From the NCBI RefSeq assembly GCF_006345805.1, contig NC_043000.1:96410001-96474000 (forward strand): a stretch of DNA of 64,000 nt, read 5' to 3'. Positions 1-11,206 of this stretch are shown here, one piece after another (position 1 is the stretch's first letter; the number at the start of each line of letters is the position of its first letter). The translations under genes and the position numbers were made by a program. Source of the stretch: Octopus sinensis. Taxonomy: Eukaryota. The notes beneath the pieces were generated by a model. It worked only from the letters and a program-made list of their open reading frames with translations, was not told the origin of the DNA and ran no database searches.

Positions 1-535
1 CGTTATTTTGGGTCTTAAGGGGACTTTGCACCAGCCACAGATCTGGTCAGCAGCTTTCAGCAGGTTGTCCCTCAGAAACGTCCAGTTGTCTTCTACCCCA
101 TGTGTAGCTATACCCCCTTCCACTTCGTCAAAGGCTTCAAGTAACATATCTCTAATCTCTGTCCATTCGCAGGGGCTTTAAGCTTCCAGACCCTTCTTCT
201 CCATGTTGGTCGTCTTCTAGTCGCCCTCTTAGTCCTGATCCTAAAGTCACTAACTACCAGTCTATGTTGTGGGGTGCATTCTTCGCCTGGGAAGGTTTTG
301 GCATTTTTAAGCAGCCATCTTTCCCTTTTTCTGGCAAGGAGTAGTCGATTTGGCTAGTATGCCGGCCCGATCGGTAGGTGACCAGGTGGCTTGTTGGTTT
401 CCTGAAGTTAGTGTTGCAGACCATAAGACTATTCGCATCGCAGAACTCCAGCAGCCTGGTTCCCTCCTCGTTGTGGGAACCATAACCGTAGCCTCCATGT
501 ACGCCATGGAAGCCCCCAGCATGTCGTCTTTCTAC
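1..535 (-). mobile_element. RTE-clade LINE fragment (AP endonuclease region), decayed, runs off the left edge
   Basis: ORF 254..544 contains VHGGYGYGSHNEEGTRLLEFCDANSLMVCNTNFRKPTSHLVTYRSGRHTSQIDY, the RTE-type endonuclease segment; frameshifted after QIDY. Confidence 0.85.
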
Positions 536-2076
536 TATAAACACAAGGTCTGAAATTTTAAGGAAAGGAGATAGTTAACTCAAATGGTACCTGTTTTATT
601 GAGCCCGAAAAGATGAAAGGCAAAGTTGACATAAAAATGATCAAAATGCTATCCAGCATTTTGTCCAGCATGCTAGCAATTCTGCCAGCTCACTACCTCA
701 ATAGATTTGCTCATAATAATATCTGATAGGGACAGAGAGACTGAGTTATAAGAGAAATGGGTACAATGCCTTGTGCTATTATTTGTTCTGGTTCCCTGTC
801 CTCTGAGTTCAAAACTTGTTGAGAACAACTTTGCCACATATACTTTTGGAGTTGATAAAGTACAAGTCAAGAACAGTGGATTGGCAGAACTGTTAGTGAT
901 CAAACAAAATGCCTTGTGGTAAATGTTCTGGCTCTTTATGAGCTGAGTTCAAATCCTACCAATAGCCAAGTCATTCCTCATCACTCACTAAGAGAAGGTT
1001 TCAAAGTAGAACTCAACAGACTTTAGAACTGGTATCTCTCTTCAATTTGAAAGGCCTCTAAACATCTCAGTAAAATATGCTATAAATACTGGGACTTTGA
1101 AGACAGAATGCTATGGCAATTGAACTTGTATGAATAAATGACTCCAGAGTTTCAGAAGCTGAAAATATCCTCAACAAGAAATTGGTCATATGCTGTCTCC
1201 ACTGCCATCAATAATAATATTTTTGTTTTCTCATGAGATCAAAGACAACTGCCACTCAGAGTTGTGTTACTAATAGAATTTCCTTTGCAGAAAATGATTA
1301 TTTTCTTTCAGATTTGGAAATGTAATAAATCATGTAAACTGGTCATTAATTTAGCATGCTATCATTAAAATATTTCACTCTTGTCAGTTTATTCCCAGTA
1401 ATGTATAAGGAAGAAAAAAGAGTTAAGTTTCTTGTCTTAGTTGTAGTTGATATTAATGAGAAACTTTTGATTCCACAAGGAGATAATAATATATTACACT
1501 GTGTGAAACAATTTTTGTCCTTGGGTAGCAACTGTTATTTCCTATTTCCTTACCCTTAGAAAGTATGAGAAATGGTTAATATTTTCTTCAAACTTGCTTT
1601 TGTTATATTTATTGAAACATCAAAGAATCCCTCTCAACACATGGCTTTGATGCTCCCACACTACTCCTGCTCATGATCAAAGATACACATATTGTCAGCC
1701 ACTAAGGGACATGCTTAAGTGGTTAAAGTCAAGCAATTGACAAGCAAATCTGTGGTATTGAGCAGAATATTTGCTATAATGATATTTCTGCTTCAGCAGC
1801 TCGGTACTGAATCAGTCTGAAATGTAATGGAAAATAGGTTAGTTTCAAAACATCGATGTCCAGGTAACAAAAGCAAAGTTTGAAGGGAATAGTAGCCATT
1901 TCCTTCTATTTCTAGATAGAAGCAAATAACACTTACTGACCAAAGACAAAAATAAATAAATAAATAAATAAATAAATAAAAAATAAAAAGTTTGTTACAC
2001 AGTATTATTCACTTGGTTATATTGACATCTAGTATGTTCATTGATGTTTCTCACTGTAGTTTTCAGTGGCGTTTAA

Positions 2077-2268
2077 CCCTTTAGCATCAAGATTATTCTA
2101 TCAAATGTAATGCTTATTTACCCACAATATTTTGAATTAAACATGCATTATCTCATAGTTTTGAGATTTTGATGTTGTGATTATTTATTTCTAGAACTTG
2201 GCTGATGTGAATATAAAAGAGGTAGAATATTTGAGCCAGGATAAGAAACAAATCTTTCTCTGGAAGGG
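2077..2268. mobile_element. Short piggyBac-like MITE (a more decayed relative at ~2730-2950)
   Basis: TTAA|CCCTT...AAGGG|TTAA with TTAA at 2073-2076 and 2269-2272; similar internal sequence recurs at ~2730-2950. Confidence 0.55.
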
Positions 2269-3136
2269 TTAATAGTTTGTAATCAGTCAACAGTGGTCCA
2301 GTGTCCTAATGCCAAAGGCACTTGGTTCTAGCAGGCTCAGTGTATCTAGCTGTAAATATGCACCATGGAAAATTACAAGGAGAATGAGCATTGTATAATT
2401 GTTTTGTTAGCATTCTATGCTTACTTAAAGGTATTCTGCTGGCTGAAAGAGTGAAAACAATAAGTTGTCTTGTAGTTAGCTTCAAATAAAGTTGCTTGCA
2501 ATGAATCTAGGCATTAAATCTGGTTCAGAATGCATTTAGAGGCTAATATAATAATAATAATGAAATTATTGTATACAGTGCTCAGGTGCACCACAACTTG
2601 TCAAAAGTGCATATAAAGCATATGCAGTAATGTACAAATGTCTGGAAAGTGAACAGTGTATGAGTCAGATACATGCTTGCATGTGTATGGAGGGGAGAAA
2701 ATCAGGTGTAGTGTTGAGTGTATTCAATATTAACCTTTTCACATTCAGATTGCTCTGTCAATTGTGATGCCTGTTTCCTGACATCGTTTGGAATTAATCA
2801 TGCATTCTCTTGTACAATCACAATGATGTGATAGATTACTTTTGGAATGACATTGTAGGGTAGGTGTGAGAGATCAAATCTGGCTAGTTTGAACATAAAA
2901 CAGGTAAAATATTTGGCCCTAAGATAGTCAGTTTGAAAACCAAAAGGTCAGACACATCTGGCACAAGTGTTCACCATACAATTGTTGGATTACTTACTCA
3001 TTTGTAAAAGATTCCACTACCAATTTTCTTTCCAAAATTTTGAGAGTTCAAAGATGATCAACAGAAATATTTAGAAGAAAAAATAAGAAATAAAAATAAA
3101 AGTAAATAAAAAAATGAAAATATTCTGAGAATTTAC

Positions 3137-3269
3137 CAAATAATTTGTCCCAAATTATAAGGCTTCCACCATAATTTTTGTCAATACAATAAGGATTTCT
3201 TCCATGGTGAACTCTGTGGTGACTTGGTGTGTTTAGAATATGTTCAAGTGGTCCAAGAGATCGAATATA
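3137..3269 (-). CDS. AGMO: Alkylglycerol monooxygenase, exon 6 (133 nt)
   Basis: Minus strand ...ttatttcag|TAT ATT CGA...TTA TTT G|gtaaat; [44 protein letters not shown](G), with the HHRVHH box and CIDKNY motif of AGMO; phase 0 matches exon 5. Confidence 0.95.
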
Positions 3270-3645
3270 CTGAAATAAGGAATGATATAAATTGATTAAT
3301 TATTTGCGTAACATGAAGAAAATCCCAGAAGCACTGCTTTTGGCCAAACTTGCTGGAATATTCTCCAAAGCAAGATTTAGTATATTTACATACACATAAT
3401 ATATACTGCTGCTGCTGTTTTTCACCAGGAAACTTATGAATAAAGGCATTCCAGCAGTGACCGACCCATCTTTTTCCTATGTACAAGGAACCCAGGAATA
3501 CATTATCCATTGTGCTATTTCCATAGAAGGTAGTCAGATTTAAGGGGATTTGGCTGCTACATCCAGTAGTTTGAACAACCACCTAAAGGCTCCCTTGTTA
3601 GCTTGGCACATAGTATGTAACATGATATACATAGTGAAAGTTATA

Positions 3646-4167
3646 CCGTAAATCCTCGAGTATAGTCCGCCCTTGAGTATAATATGCAGGGGATTTTTAA
3701 GGGGCTGTACCTCTGAAAAACCTAAACCTTGTGTATAATGCGCACCCCTTCTCTAACTTGAGTTGTGTGTAATTAAGCCAGCAGCACCTAGTCGAACAAA
3801 CACTTCCGTGCATGCGTAATACAATAATGGTGATGCTCTTAACTGTTATATGGGAATGTAAATATGTTTGCAAATTGTTTTTGTTACATGTTATTCTGTG
3901 TTCTGAATACTTTTATTTTAATAAATGTTGCTTACTGCAAGTTATGGATGATTTTTTATGACTTCATTGCTTTCAGACTTAGCTTAAGGTATTTTTCACG
4001 CCCGATATCACAAAATACGTCTGAATAAACATTGCCAGACAGCAAATAGAGACTCGGACATTGCTTAGAAAATATTTTTCATTTTTAACCTCATATATAG
4101 TACACATTAGGGATTTTGACCTTTAAATTTTGGGAAAAAAATGTGGATTATACTTGAGGATTTATGG
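3646..4167. mobile_element. Non-autonomous pogo/Tc2-like element (MITE)
   Basis: TA|CCGTAAATCCTCGAGTATAGTCC ... GGATTATACTTGAGGATTTATGG|TA; ~23-bp TIRs differing mostly by CpG decay, TA duplications. Confidence 0.8.
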
Positions 4168-4684
4168 TAATTAAATCTTCATGGGGTACTATCAAATCAT
4201 CACATTTTGTGTGTGGTAAATTTTATAAGGTATCTCAACACAGGCATAGTTATGTGGTTAAGTGGTTTGCTTTGCAACCATGTGGCTCTGGTGGACCCTG
4301 CTATGTAGCACTTTGGACAAGTGTCTTTTGCTACGACATCAAGTTGACCAATACCTTGTGAATAGGATTTAATAAATAGAAACAGTGCAGTGGCCCATCA
4401 GACACACACACACGCAAAAGATATGCCTGAGAAATTATGCATTGCCCACCATATTCTCCAGACCTCACACCTACAGTTTACCATCGCTTTAGAAGTTTAT
4501 AAAATTATTTGAATAGATTAGGATTTACTTCAAGAGCAGAAGTCAAAAATGAGTGAATTTCCTTGTTCACTTTAAAACTAAGGAATCTTATGAATGTGAC
4601 ATTGAATAGTTCATTGACAGATGGAAAGAGGTCAAAGAGAAGAATGGTGATAATATTGACGGTTACATTTTTTTTTTATTTATG

Positions 4685-4976
4685 CGCCCTTTTCAAGCCT
4701 AGCCAGGCTCATGGGCCTGGTTTCCCGGTGTCTATGGTGTATATGTTCCCTTCAGCTGGACAGGACGCCAGTGTTACTCAAGGAACAGGAAGAAAGAGTG
4801 AGAGAAAGTTGTGGCGAAAGAGTACAACAGGGGTCGCCCCCACCCCTGCCGGAGCCTCGTGGAGCTTTAGGTGTTTTCACTCAATAAACACTCACAACGC
4901 TTGGTCTGGGAATCAAAACCACGATCCTCCGACCGCGAGTCCGCTGCCCTAACCACTGGGCCATTGCGCCTCCACA
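4685..4976 (-). mobile_element. tRNA-derived SINE, family C
   Basis: Minus-strand head TGTGGAGGCGCAATGGCCCAGTGGTTAGGGCAGCGGACTCGCGGTCGGAGGATCG with A/B-box-like motifs; homologous copies at ~19655-19960, 39215-39518, ~40535-40760, ~53210-53502. Confidence 0.85.
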
Positions 4977-5864
4977 AAAATGGTTAAATAAATCAGATAT
5001 TGTTTTTTTTTATTGTTTCAATGAACAGACAGAACATTCATTACAACCTTATATATACAATTACACACACACATATATCATCATTATCATCATTTAACAT
5101 GTGCTTTCCATACTGACATGGGTTGAATGGTTTGACAGAGAACAGGTGAGCTACTGAGCTGTATCAAGCTCCAATCTCATGTTTTGGCATGGTTTCTATG
5201 GCTGGATACTATTCCTAACACCAACCACATTACAGAATGTACCAGGCACATCTTCTGTACCACTGGCACTAGTGATATTATAATAATATAATAATGAAAT
5301 TATTGTATACAGTGCTCAGGTGCACCACAACTTGTCAGAAAGTGCATATAAAGTACATGCAGTAATGTAGAAATGTCTGGAAAGTGAACATGCTTGTGTG
5401 TGTATGGAGGGGAGAAAATCAAGTGTATTGTCATGTAATTTTCCAGAAAGAAAAGAACAGAGAAAAATATAGAGGAAAAAGTTCCCGCTACTAAGGGGGA
5501 AGTATTTGGGAGGGGAAGGTGGAGGTGGCTGGCTTTATGCAAAGTATTGAAAGGCTAAAGTATGATAGATTGACATGCTCAGACATCTTGCTAAAGAGGA
5601 GATATATGGCTGAAGGTGATAAGAGGAAGGTAATGATGGAGTGCACGAGAAAACTCTCAAGAAGCAAGAAGGTGAGCATAAGAGAGAATGAGATGGACTA
5701 AGAGAGCGTGTGGATGCTTTTAGAGGAGTGTGAGTAGGAGTAAGAAGGGGAGGTAAAGGTTAATGTGGGTGCTGAATAAGAGTGGTTGTGTAGATGATTG
5801 GAAATATCAGTATGGAGTGGGGGTACAGTGGGGGTATATATATGTATATATTTTATTTTATTTT

Positions 5865-6245
5865 TTCTTTTACTTGTTTCAGTCAGACTGCAGCCATACT
5901 GGGGTATGGCCTTGAAGAATTTTTAGTTGAATGAATTGACCCAAGTACTTTTTTTTAAAGCCTGGTACTTATTCTGGTGATGTCTTTTGCCCAAACCACT
6001 AAGTTACAAGGGCACCAACACACTGGTTGTCAAGTAGTGGCGGGGGACAAACAGCGATACAAAGACACACGCACACACACACACATACACACGATGGGCT
6101 TCTTTCAGTTTCTGTCTGCCAAATCCACTCACAAGGCTTTAGTTGTCCTAAGGCTATAGTAGAAGACACTTGCCCAAGGTGCCACACTGAATTCATAACC
6201 ATGTGGTTGAGAAGCAAGCTTCTTACCACACAGCCATGCCTGCAC
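5865..6245 (-). mobile_element. tRNA-derived SINE, family B (internal CA/TA microsatellite)
   Basis: Head GCAGGCATGGCTGTGTGGTAAGAAGCTTGCTT..., body ...GTGGATTTGGCAGACAGAAACTGAAAGAAGCCC-(TG)n, tail ...GACTGAAACAAGTAAA; many homologous copies in the window. Confidence 0.8.
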
Positions 6246-6260
6246 CTGCATACATACATG

Positions 6261-6333
<73 letters not shown>

Positions 6334-6700
6334 TCCTTGTCTTGATACTGTGTGATAAATGTGAGTGCCACCATCATACAAGTAGCGTTATTTTTTTAGT
6401 CTTCTGTGAAATATATCTGGCCAAGGGGACATTTAATTTTACTTGGAAATAGGTGAGGGCTGGTTTGACAGGAAGGATATCCAGCTGTAGAAAATCTGAA
6501 ACAGGAAGAGCATTCAGCTGTAAAATCCCCTCTCATCTAATCCATACTAGCATGGAAAAATGAATGAATGAATGAATACTGTGTAGTAAAATACAAATTT
6601 CTGACAATAATTGAATATTTATCAATGAAAGGGTTAAGAAGCTGGTAGAATGTTTCTTGCCTCAAAGAGGAAATTTTTATAATTGTAATGAATGACTTAC

Positions 6701-6796
6701 TTCTGTGTGAATCCAAAACTGGTAAAGCAGATTTAATTGCTCATGTACCATATATATAGATATTGGAACAAATAATGCCATCGGAGTATAGAATGC
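6701..6796 (-). CDS. AGMO: Alkylglycerol monooxygenase, exon 5 (96 nt)
   Basis: ttctcatacag|GCA TTC TAT...CAC ACA GAA|gtaagt; AFYTPMALFVPISIYMVHEQLNLLYQFWIHTE with the AGMO NLLYQFWIHTE motif. Confidence 0.95.
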
Positions 6797-7234
6797 CTGT
6801 ATGAGAAAAACAGTAAAACATTGATAATAGTATCTAAGATGAAACTAATACTTATGTGTTACATTGCCATAACATTTAAGACAAATATACACAAATAATA
6901 TGTCTGTTACATAACCATTATATTATGTAATAGGCATCATGGAGATTGGGGAAGGACTAAGATGTGAACGTTGTGAGAACAATAAAATAGAGAGAAGATG
7001 GAATGAGAGGGTGGGTACAATAAAAGTGTAGCAGAGGATGAAAGCATCTCATGTGGAGAGGATGTAGAGTGAGGGTAGTGAGATAGAGGCTGGAGATAGG
7101 CAGTGGGTGAAAGCAGTAAGAGCATCCCATCTAACAACACTCCCCTTTTTAGTGTTCTGTCTTCCATACACATGTGCACACGCACGCACACACACACGCA
7201 CGCACACACACACCACACACACACACACACACAC

Positions 7235-7287
<53 letters not shown>

Positions 7288-8301
7288 CATCATCATCACC
7301 ATCATTATCATTTCCAGTATTCTACAAGAATGATTATAATTATGAACAAGTAAAATAATAAATTATTATTTTCCTTCTATATCATACTATATATAATTTT
7401 CTCTTCCACTACCGTAATCCACTGTTTCCTTTTTAATATCTTACTAAATCTACCTCAGCCCTCCTATAGTATAATGTTTTATTAATTTTATTACTTATTG
7501 TCTTCCATATATCAATATTTTGATAGTTGATTCTCAGCATTTGTACATATGTATTGTGTTGAAGAATGAAAGAAGCTTTTTTTGTACCTCTATTAATTCA
7601 TAAATTAATTTATACATTATATTATACACATTAATACAGACAAATAAAATAATTTATTATTTGTTATACACAAAAATTAATTGTCTTCTTGTGATAAAGA
7701 TTGTGAAATGATCATCGTTATATGGATGTGAGTATATGTATATTTCTTCCAATGTTCACTATCTTTCCCCTCGTTCTGGTCTAACGACCCTCCATGTTTG
7801 TTTTCATTTGGTTACCTTGCATGTCTCCACTGTCCTGTTTTTGTTCCCAACTTTGGCCCTCCATAAAATCCAAAATTTATTTTGGAAGTTATGGGAGCAA
7901 CTGTCTTTGAAGACTCATATTGTCGTTGAATGCATAAAATGAGGAGTAGATAGACAGCTGACAACTGATGAAGGTCGTTCTTTGTGTTACTTGTCCTGCT
8001 TTTAGTTTCTTTTCTCGTAACTTGCTTGTTTGCATATTTCATGTTATTTACAGTTGGTGATGTGTTGTACCTGTATATGCATATATATATATATATATAT
8101 ATATAATTACATTATATAAAAGGCTTAGTAAAATAAATTACTTTGCCACATACTGAACTCATTAGAAATAGCAGCTAAAAAAATTTTTTTAAAACTATTT
8201 CTAATACTTAAAGAAAATCTCTCTCATATAGTGTTTGCTCAAGTCAACTCACGAAAGTATGGGGGTAAAAACATTAAAAAATCACAAATGCAAGGTTATT
8301 T

Positions 8302-8351
8302 GAGAACGTACGTTTCTAGATTAGTCAAATCGACATTTCTTTCGTCAGCTC
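8302..8351 (-). ncRNA. Type I hammerhead ribozyme motif, copy 1
   Basis: Minus strand GAG-CUGACGA-A-AGA-AAU-GUC-GAUUU-GAC-UAA-UCU-A-GAAA-C-GUAC-G-UU-CUC: CUGANGA and GAAA cores, stem I GAG/CUC, minimal palindromic stem III (ACGUACGU), GUU cleavage triplet. Activity not shown. Confidence 0.75.
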
Positions 8352-8859
8352 AGAACTCCTTGATTCGGATTTGGGAACACTGAAAGTGGGAGCATACCCT
8401 TTTGGCTTCTTCTTCTCACTTCTGAAGATCTGCTCGAACTATCAGTGCTAGCAATTCAAAATTGCAAGCGAAGAATTCTGCTCTCCCCTTTCCACCAGCG
8501 TGGGTTAAAATTGGTAAACACTATGTTTTATCGGTAAAAACCGAAGCATTAAATAGAGAGAAATAAATTATAGTTTCAACAATTGAGGGTAAAACTAATT
8601 AATTATTAATCAATTTCACCAAGTATTCAGTATGTAAAGGGACCATTTAAGGCGAATTCAAATTATTACATTATATAAAAGGGCTTAGTAAAATAAATTA
8701 CTTTGCCACATACTGAACTCATTAGAAATAGCAGCTAAAAAAATTTTTTTAAAACTATTCTAATACTTAAAGAAAATCTCTCTCTATAGTGTTTGCTCAA
8801 GTCAACTCACGAAAGTATGGGGGTAAAAACATTAAAAAATCACAATGCAAAGGTTATTT

Positions 8860-8909
8860 GAGAACGTACGCTTCTAGATTAGTCAAATCGACATTTCTTT
8901 CGTCAGCTC
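8860..8909 (-). ncRNA. Hammerhead motif, copy 2, core variant (GAAG for GAAA)
   Basis: Same as copy 1 but the plus strand reads CGCTTC instead of CGTTTC at 8869-8874. Confidence 0.55.
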
Positions 8910-9620
8910 AGAACTCCTTGATTCGGATTTGGGAACACTGAAAGTGGGAGCATACCCTTTTGGCTTCTTCTCACTTCTGAAGATCTGCTCGAACTATCAG
9001 TGCTAGCAAATTCAAAATATGCAAGCGAAGAATTTCTGCTCTCCCCTTTCCACCAGCGTGGGTTAAAATTGGTAAACACTATGTTTTATCGGTAAAAACC
9101 GAAGCATTAAATAGAGAGAAATAAATTATAATTTCAACAATTGAGGGTAAAATTAATTAATTATTAATCAATTTCACCAAGTATTCAGTATGTAAAGGGA
9201 CCATTTAAGGCGAATTCAAATTATTACATTATATAAAAGGGCTTAGTAAAATAAATTACTTTGCCACATACTGTTATTTTTACTAAGCCCTTTTATATAA
9301 TGTAATAATTTGAATTCGCCTTAAATGGTCCCTTTACATACTGAATACTTGATGAAATTGATTAATAATTAATTAATTTTACCCTCAATTGTTGAAATTA
9401 TAATTTATTTCTCTCTATTTAATGCTTCGGTTTTTACCGATAAAACATAGTGTTTACCAATTTTAACCCACGCTGGTGGAAAGGGGGAGAGCAGAAATTC
9501 TTCGCTTGCATATTTTGAATTTGCTAGCACTGATAGTTCGAGCAGATCTTCAGAAGTGAGAAGAAGCCAAACGGGTATGCTCCCACTTTCAGTGTTCCCA
9601 AATCCGAATCAAGGAGTTCT

Positions 9621-9670
9621 GAGCTGACGAAAGAAATGTCGATTTGACTAATCTAGAAACGTACGTTCTC
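9621..9670 (+). ncRNA. Type I hammerhead ribozyme motif, copy 3 (inverted arm)
   Basis: GAGCTGACGAAAGAAATGTCGATTTGACTAATCTAGAAACGTACGTTCTC read directly on the plus strand; cores intact. Confidence 0.75.
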
Positions 9671-10010
9671 AAATAACCTTTGCATTTGTGATTTTTTAAT
9701 GTTTTTACCCCCATACTTTCGTGAGTTGACTTGAGCAAACACTATATGAGAGAGATTTTCTTTAAGTATTAGAATAGTTAAAAAAAAATTTTTTTAGCTG
9801 CTATTTCTAATGAGTTCAGTATGTGGCAAAGTAATTTATTTTACTAAGCCTTTAATATGTAATAATTTGAATTCGCCTTAAATGGTCCCTCTCTACATAC
9901 TGAATACTTGGTGAAATTGATTAATAATTAATTAATTTTACCCTCAATTGTTGAAATTATATATATATATATATATAATATATATGCCTATATATTATTT
10001 ATATTATATG

Positions 10011-10940
10011 CTAGCAGTATAGCCCGGCATTGCCCGGTATGAAGTTAGGATTATTAAGCTAATCAAGCGCTTTATTTCAAACCAAACTAAGTAAGACTGA
10101 CGTCAAATTTGAGCAAAATCCGCTGAAATTGGTAAACATTTGGCTGAAAATGGGTGCCAGACAATTTGATTGGGAAATCCCATAAGGAATCAGTTTATCA
10201 ATTTTTCCACTCATTGATTGTTTTTTTTGTGTTTTTGGAGAACTTAAAGCATTCAAAGATCCCTGAGCCCTAGGTAATGCCGGCATCAAGTTTGAACAAA
10301 ATACGTCAAAATTGGTAAAAGTTATGGTTGAAAATGGGGTGTAGCCAATTTTAGGGCAAAATCCTATAAGGAATCGGTTTATTGATTTTTGATCCTGATT
10401 GAATGGAAAACCATATAAGGAATCAGTTTATTGATTTTTATTTTACCCCAAATAGGAATTAACCAAACACAACATTGTTGATTAAAAAAAATCTATATTT
10501 ATACTTTAAAGTTGGTTTTCACACCCAACCCAGTTCTGCAGAATCAGTGTCGCAATGGGAATGCATGGGTTGGGAGTTTGACCAGCAGAGGTGATCAGGT
10601 TGCACATGCTGGCCCTTTTGAACACCCCCAACCCCATCACCTAACCCCACTTGGCCCATGGGTTGGGAGCCCTTCTGGCAAGGAAAATAGATTGCCCAAA
10701 AGGGCTCCTGATCCTCTGTATCAGAAGAGGTTATGTTCGGATCACAACTAAGCCTTAACCTAAGCCTAAGCTAACCTAGTGTAAGGGGGCCCAGGAGCCT
10801 CTAAATGGCAGCAAGTAATCCTGATCTAGTCCTAACCCCTCCTAGGGGTACTATCGGTCAAGGCTACATCAAAGATATACATTGGAGAATGTTGCCTCGG
10901 AGATCTGCATTGGAGAAGGTTGCATCAAAGGTTTGCACGC

Positions 10941-10979
<39 letters not shown>

Positions 10980-11175
10980 TCTCTTTTACTCTTTTACTTG
11001 TTTCAGTCATTTGACTGCGGCCATGCTGGAGCACCGCCTTTAGTCGAGCAAATCGACCCCGGGACTTATTCTTTGTAAGCCCAGTACTTATTCTATCGGT
11101 CTCTTTTGCCGAATCGCTAAGTGACGGGGACGTAAACACACCAGCATCGGTTGTCAAGCAATGCTAGGGGGACAA

Positions 11176-11206
<31 letters not shown>

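Larger units (their letters stand above)
8103..9961. mobile_element. Hammerhead-bearing ~560-bp repeat: 2.1 tandem units followed by a ~690-bp inverted copy, inside a (TA)n tract (retrozyme / Penelope pLTR-like)
   Basis: Marker CTTTGCCACA recurs at 8141, 8701, 9259 (periods 560, 558); from 9274 the sequence is the reverse complement of 9254 back to ~8569; (TA)n on both sides; no ORF >=60 aa in the track. Confidence 0.85.

Noticed and set aside
541-3134. AGMO exon 7 (expected TF..E...YGL motif)
   Set aside because: No matching minus-strand segment with splice sites found by eye; it probably lies left of the window.
5977-7358. Many 60-140 aa ORFs rich in CV/HT/YI/MYVC (here and throughout the window)
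   Set aside because: They are translations of (CA)n, (TA)n and (TATG)n microsatellites and SINEs.
8417-8447. Opposite-strand hammerhead-like string CACT-T-CTGAAGA-TCTGCTC-GAAC-TATC-AGTG in the repeat unit
   Set aside because: GAAC instead of GAAA, no credible stem II or III, and no counterpart seen in the second family.
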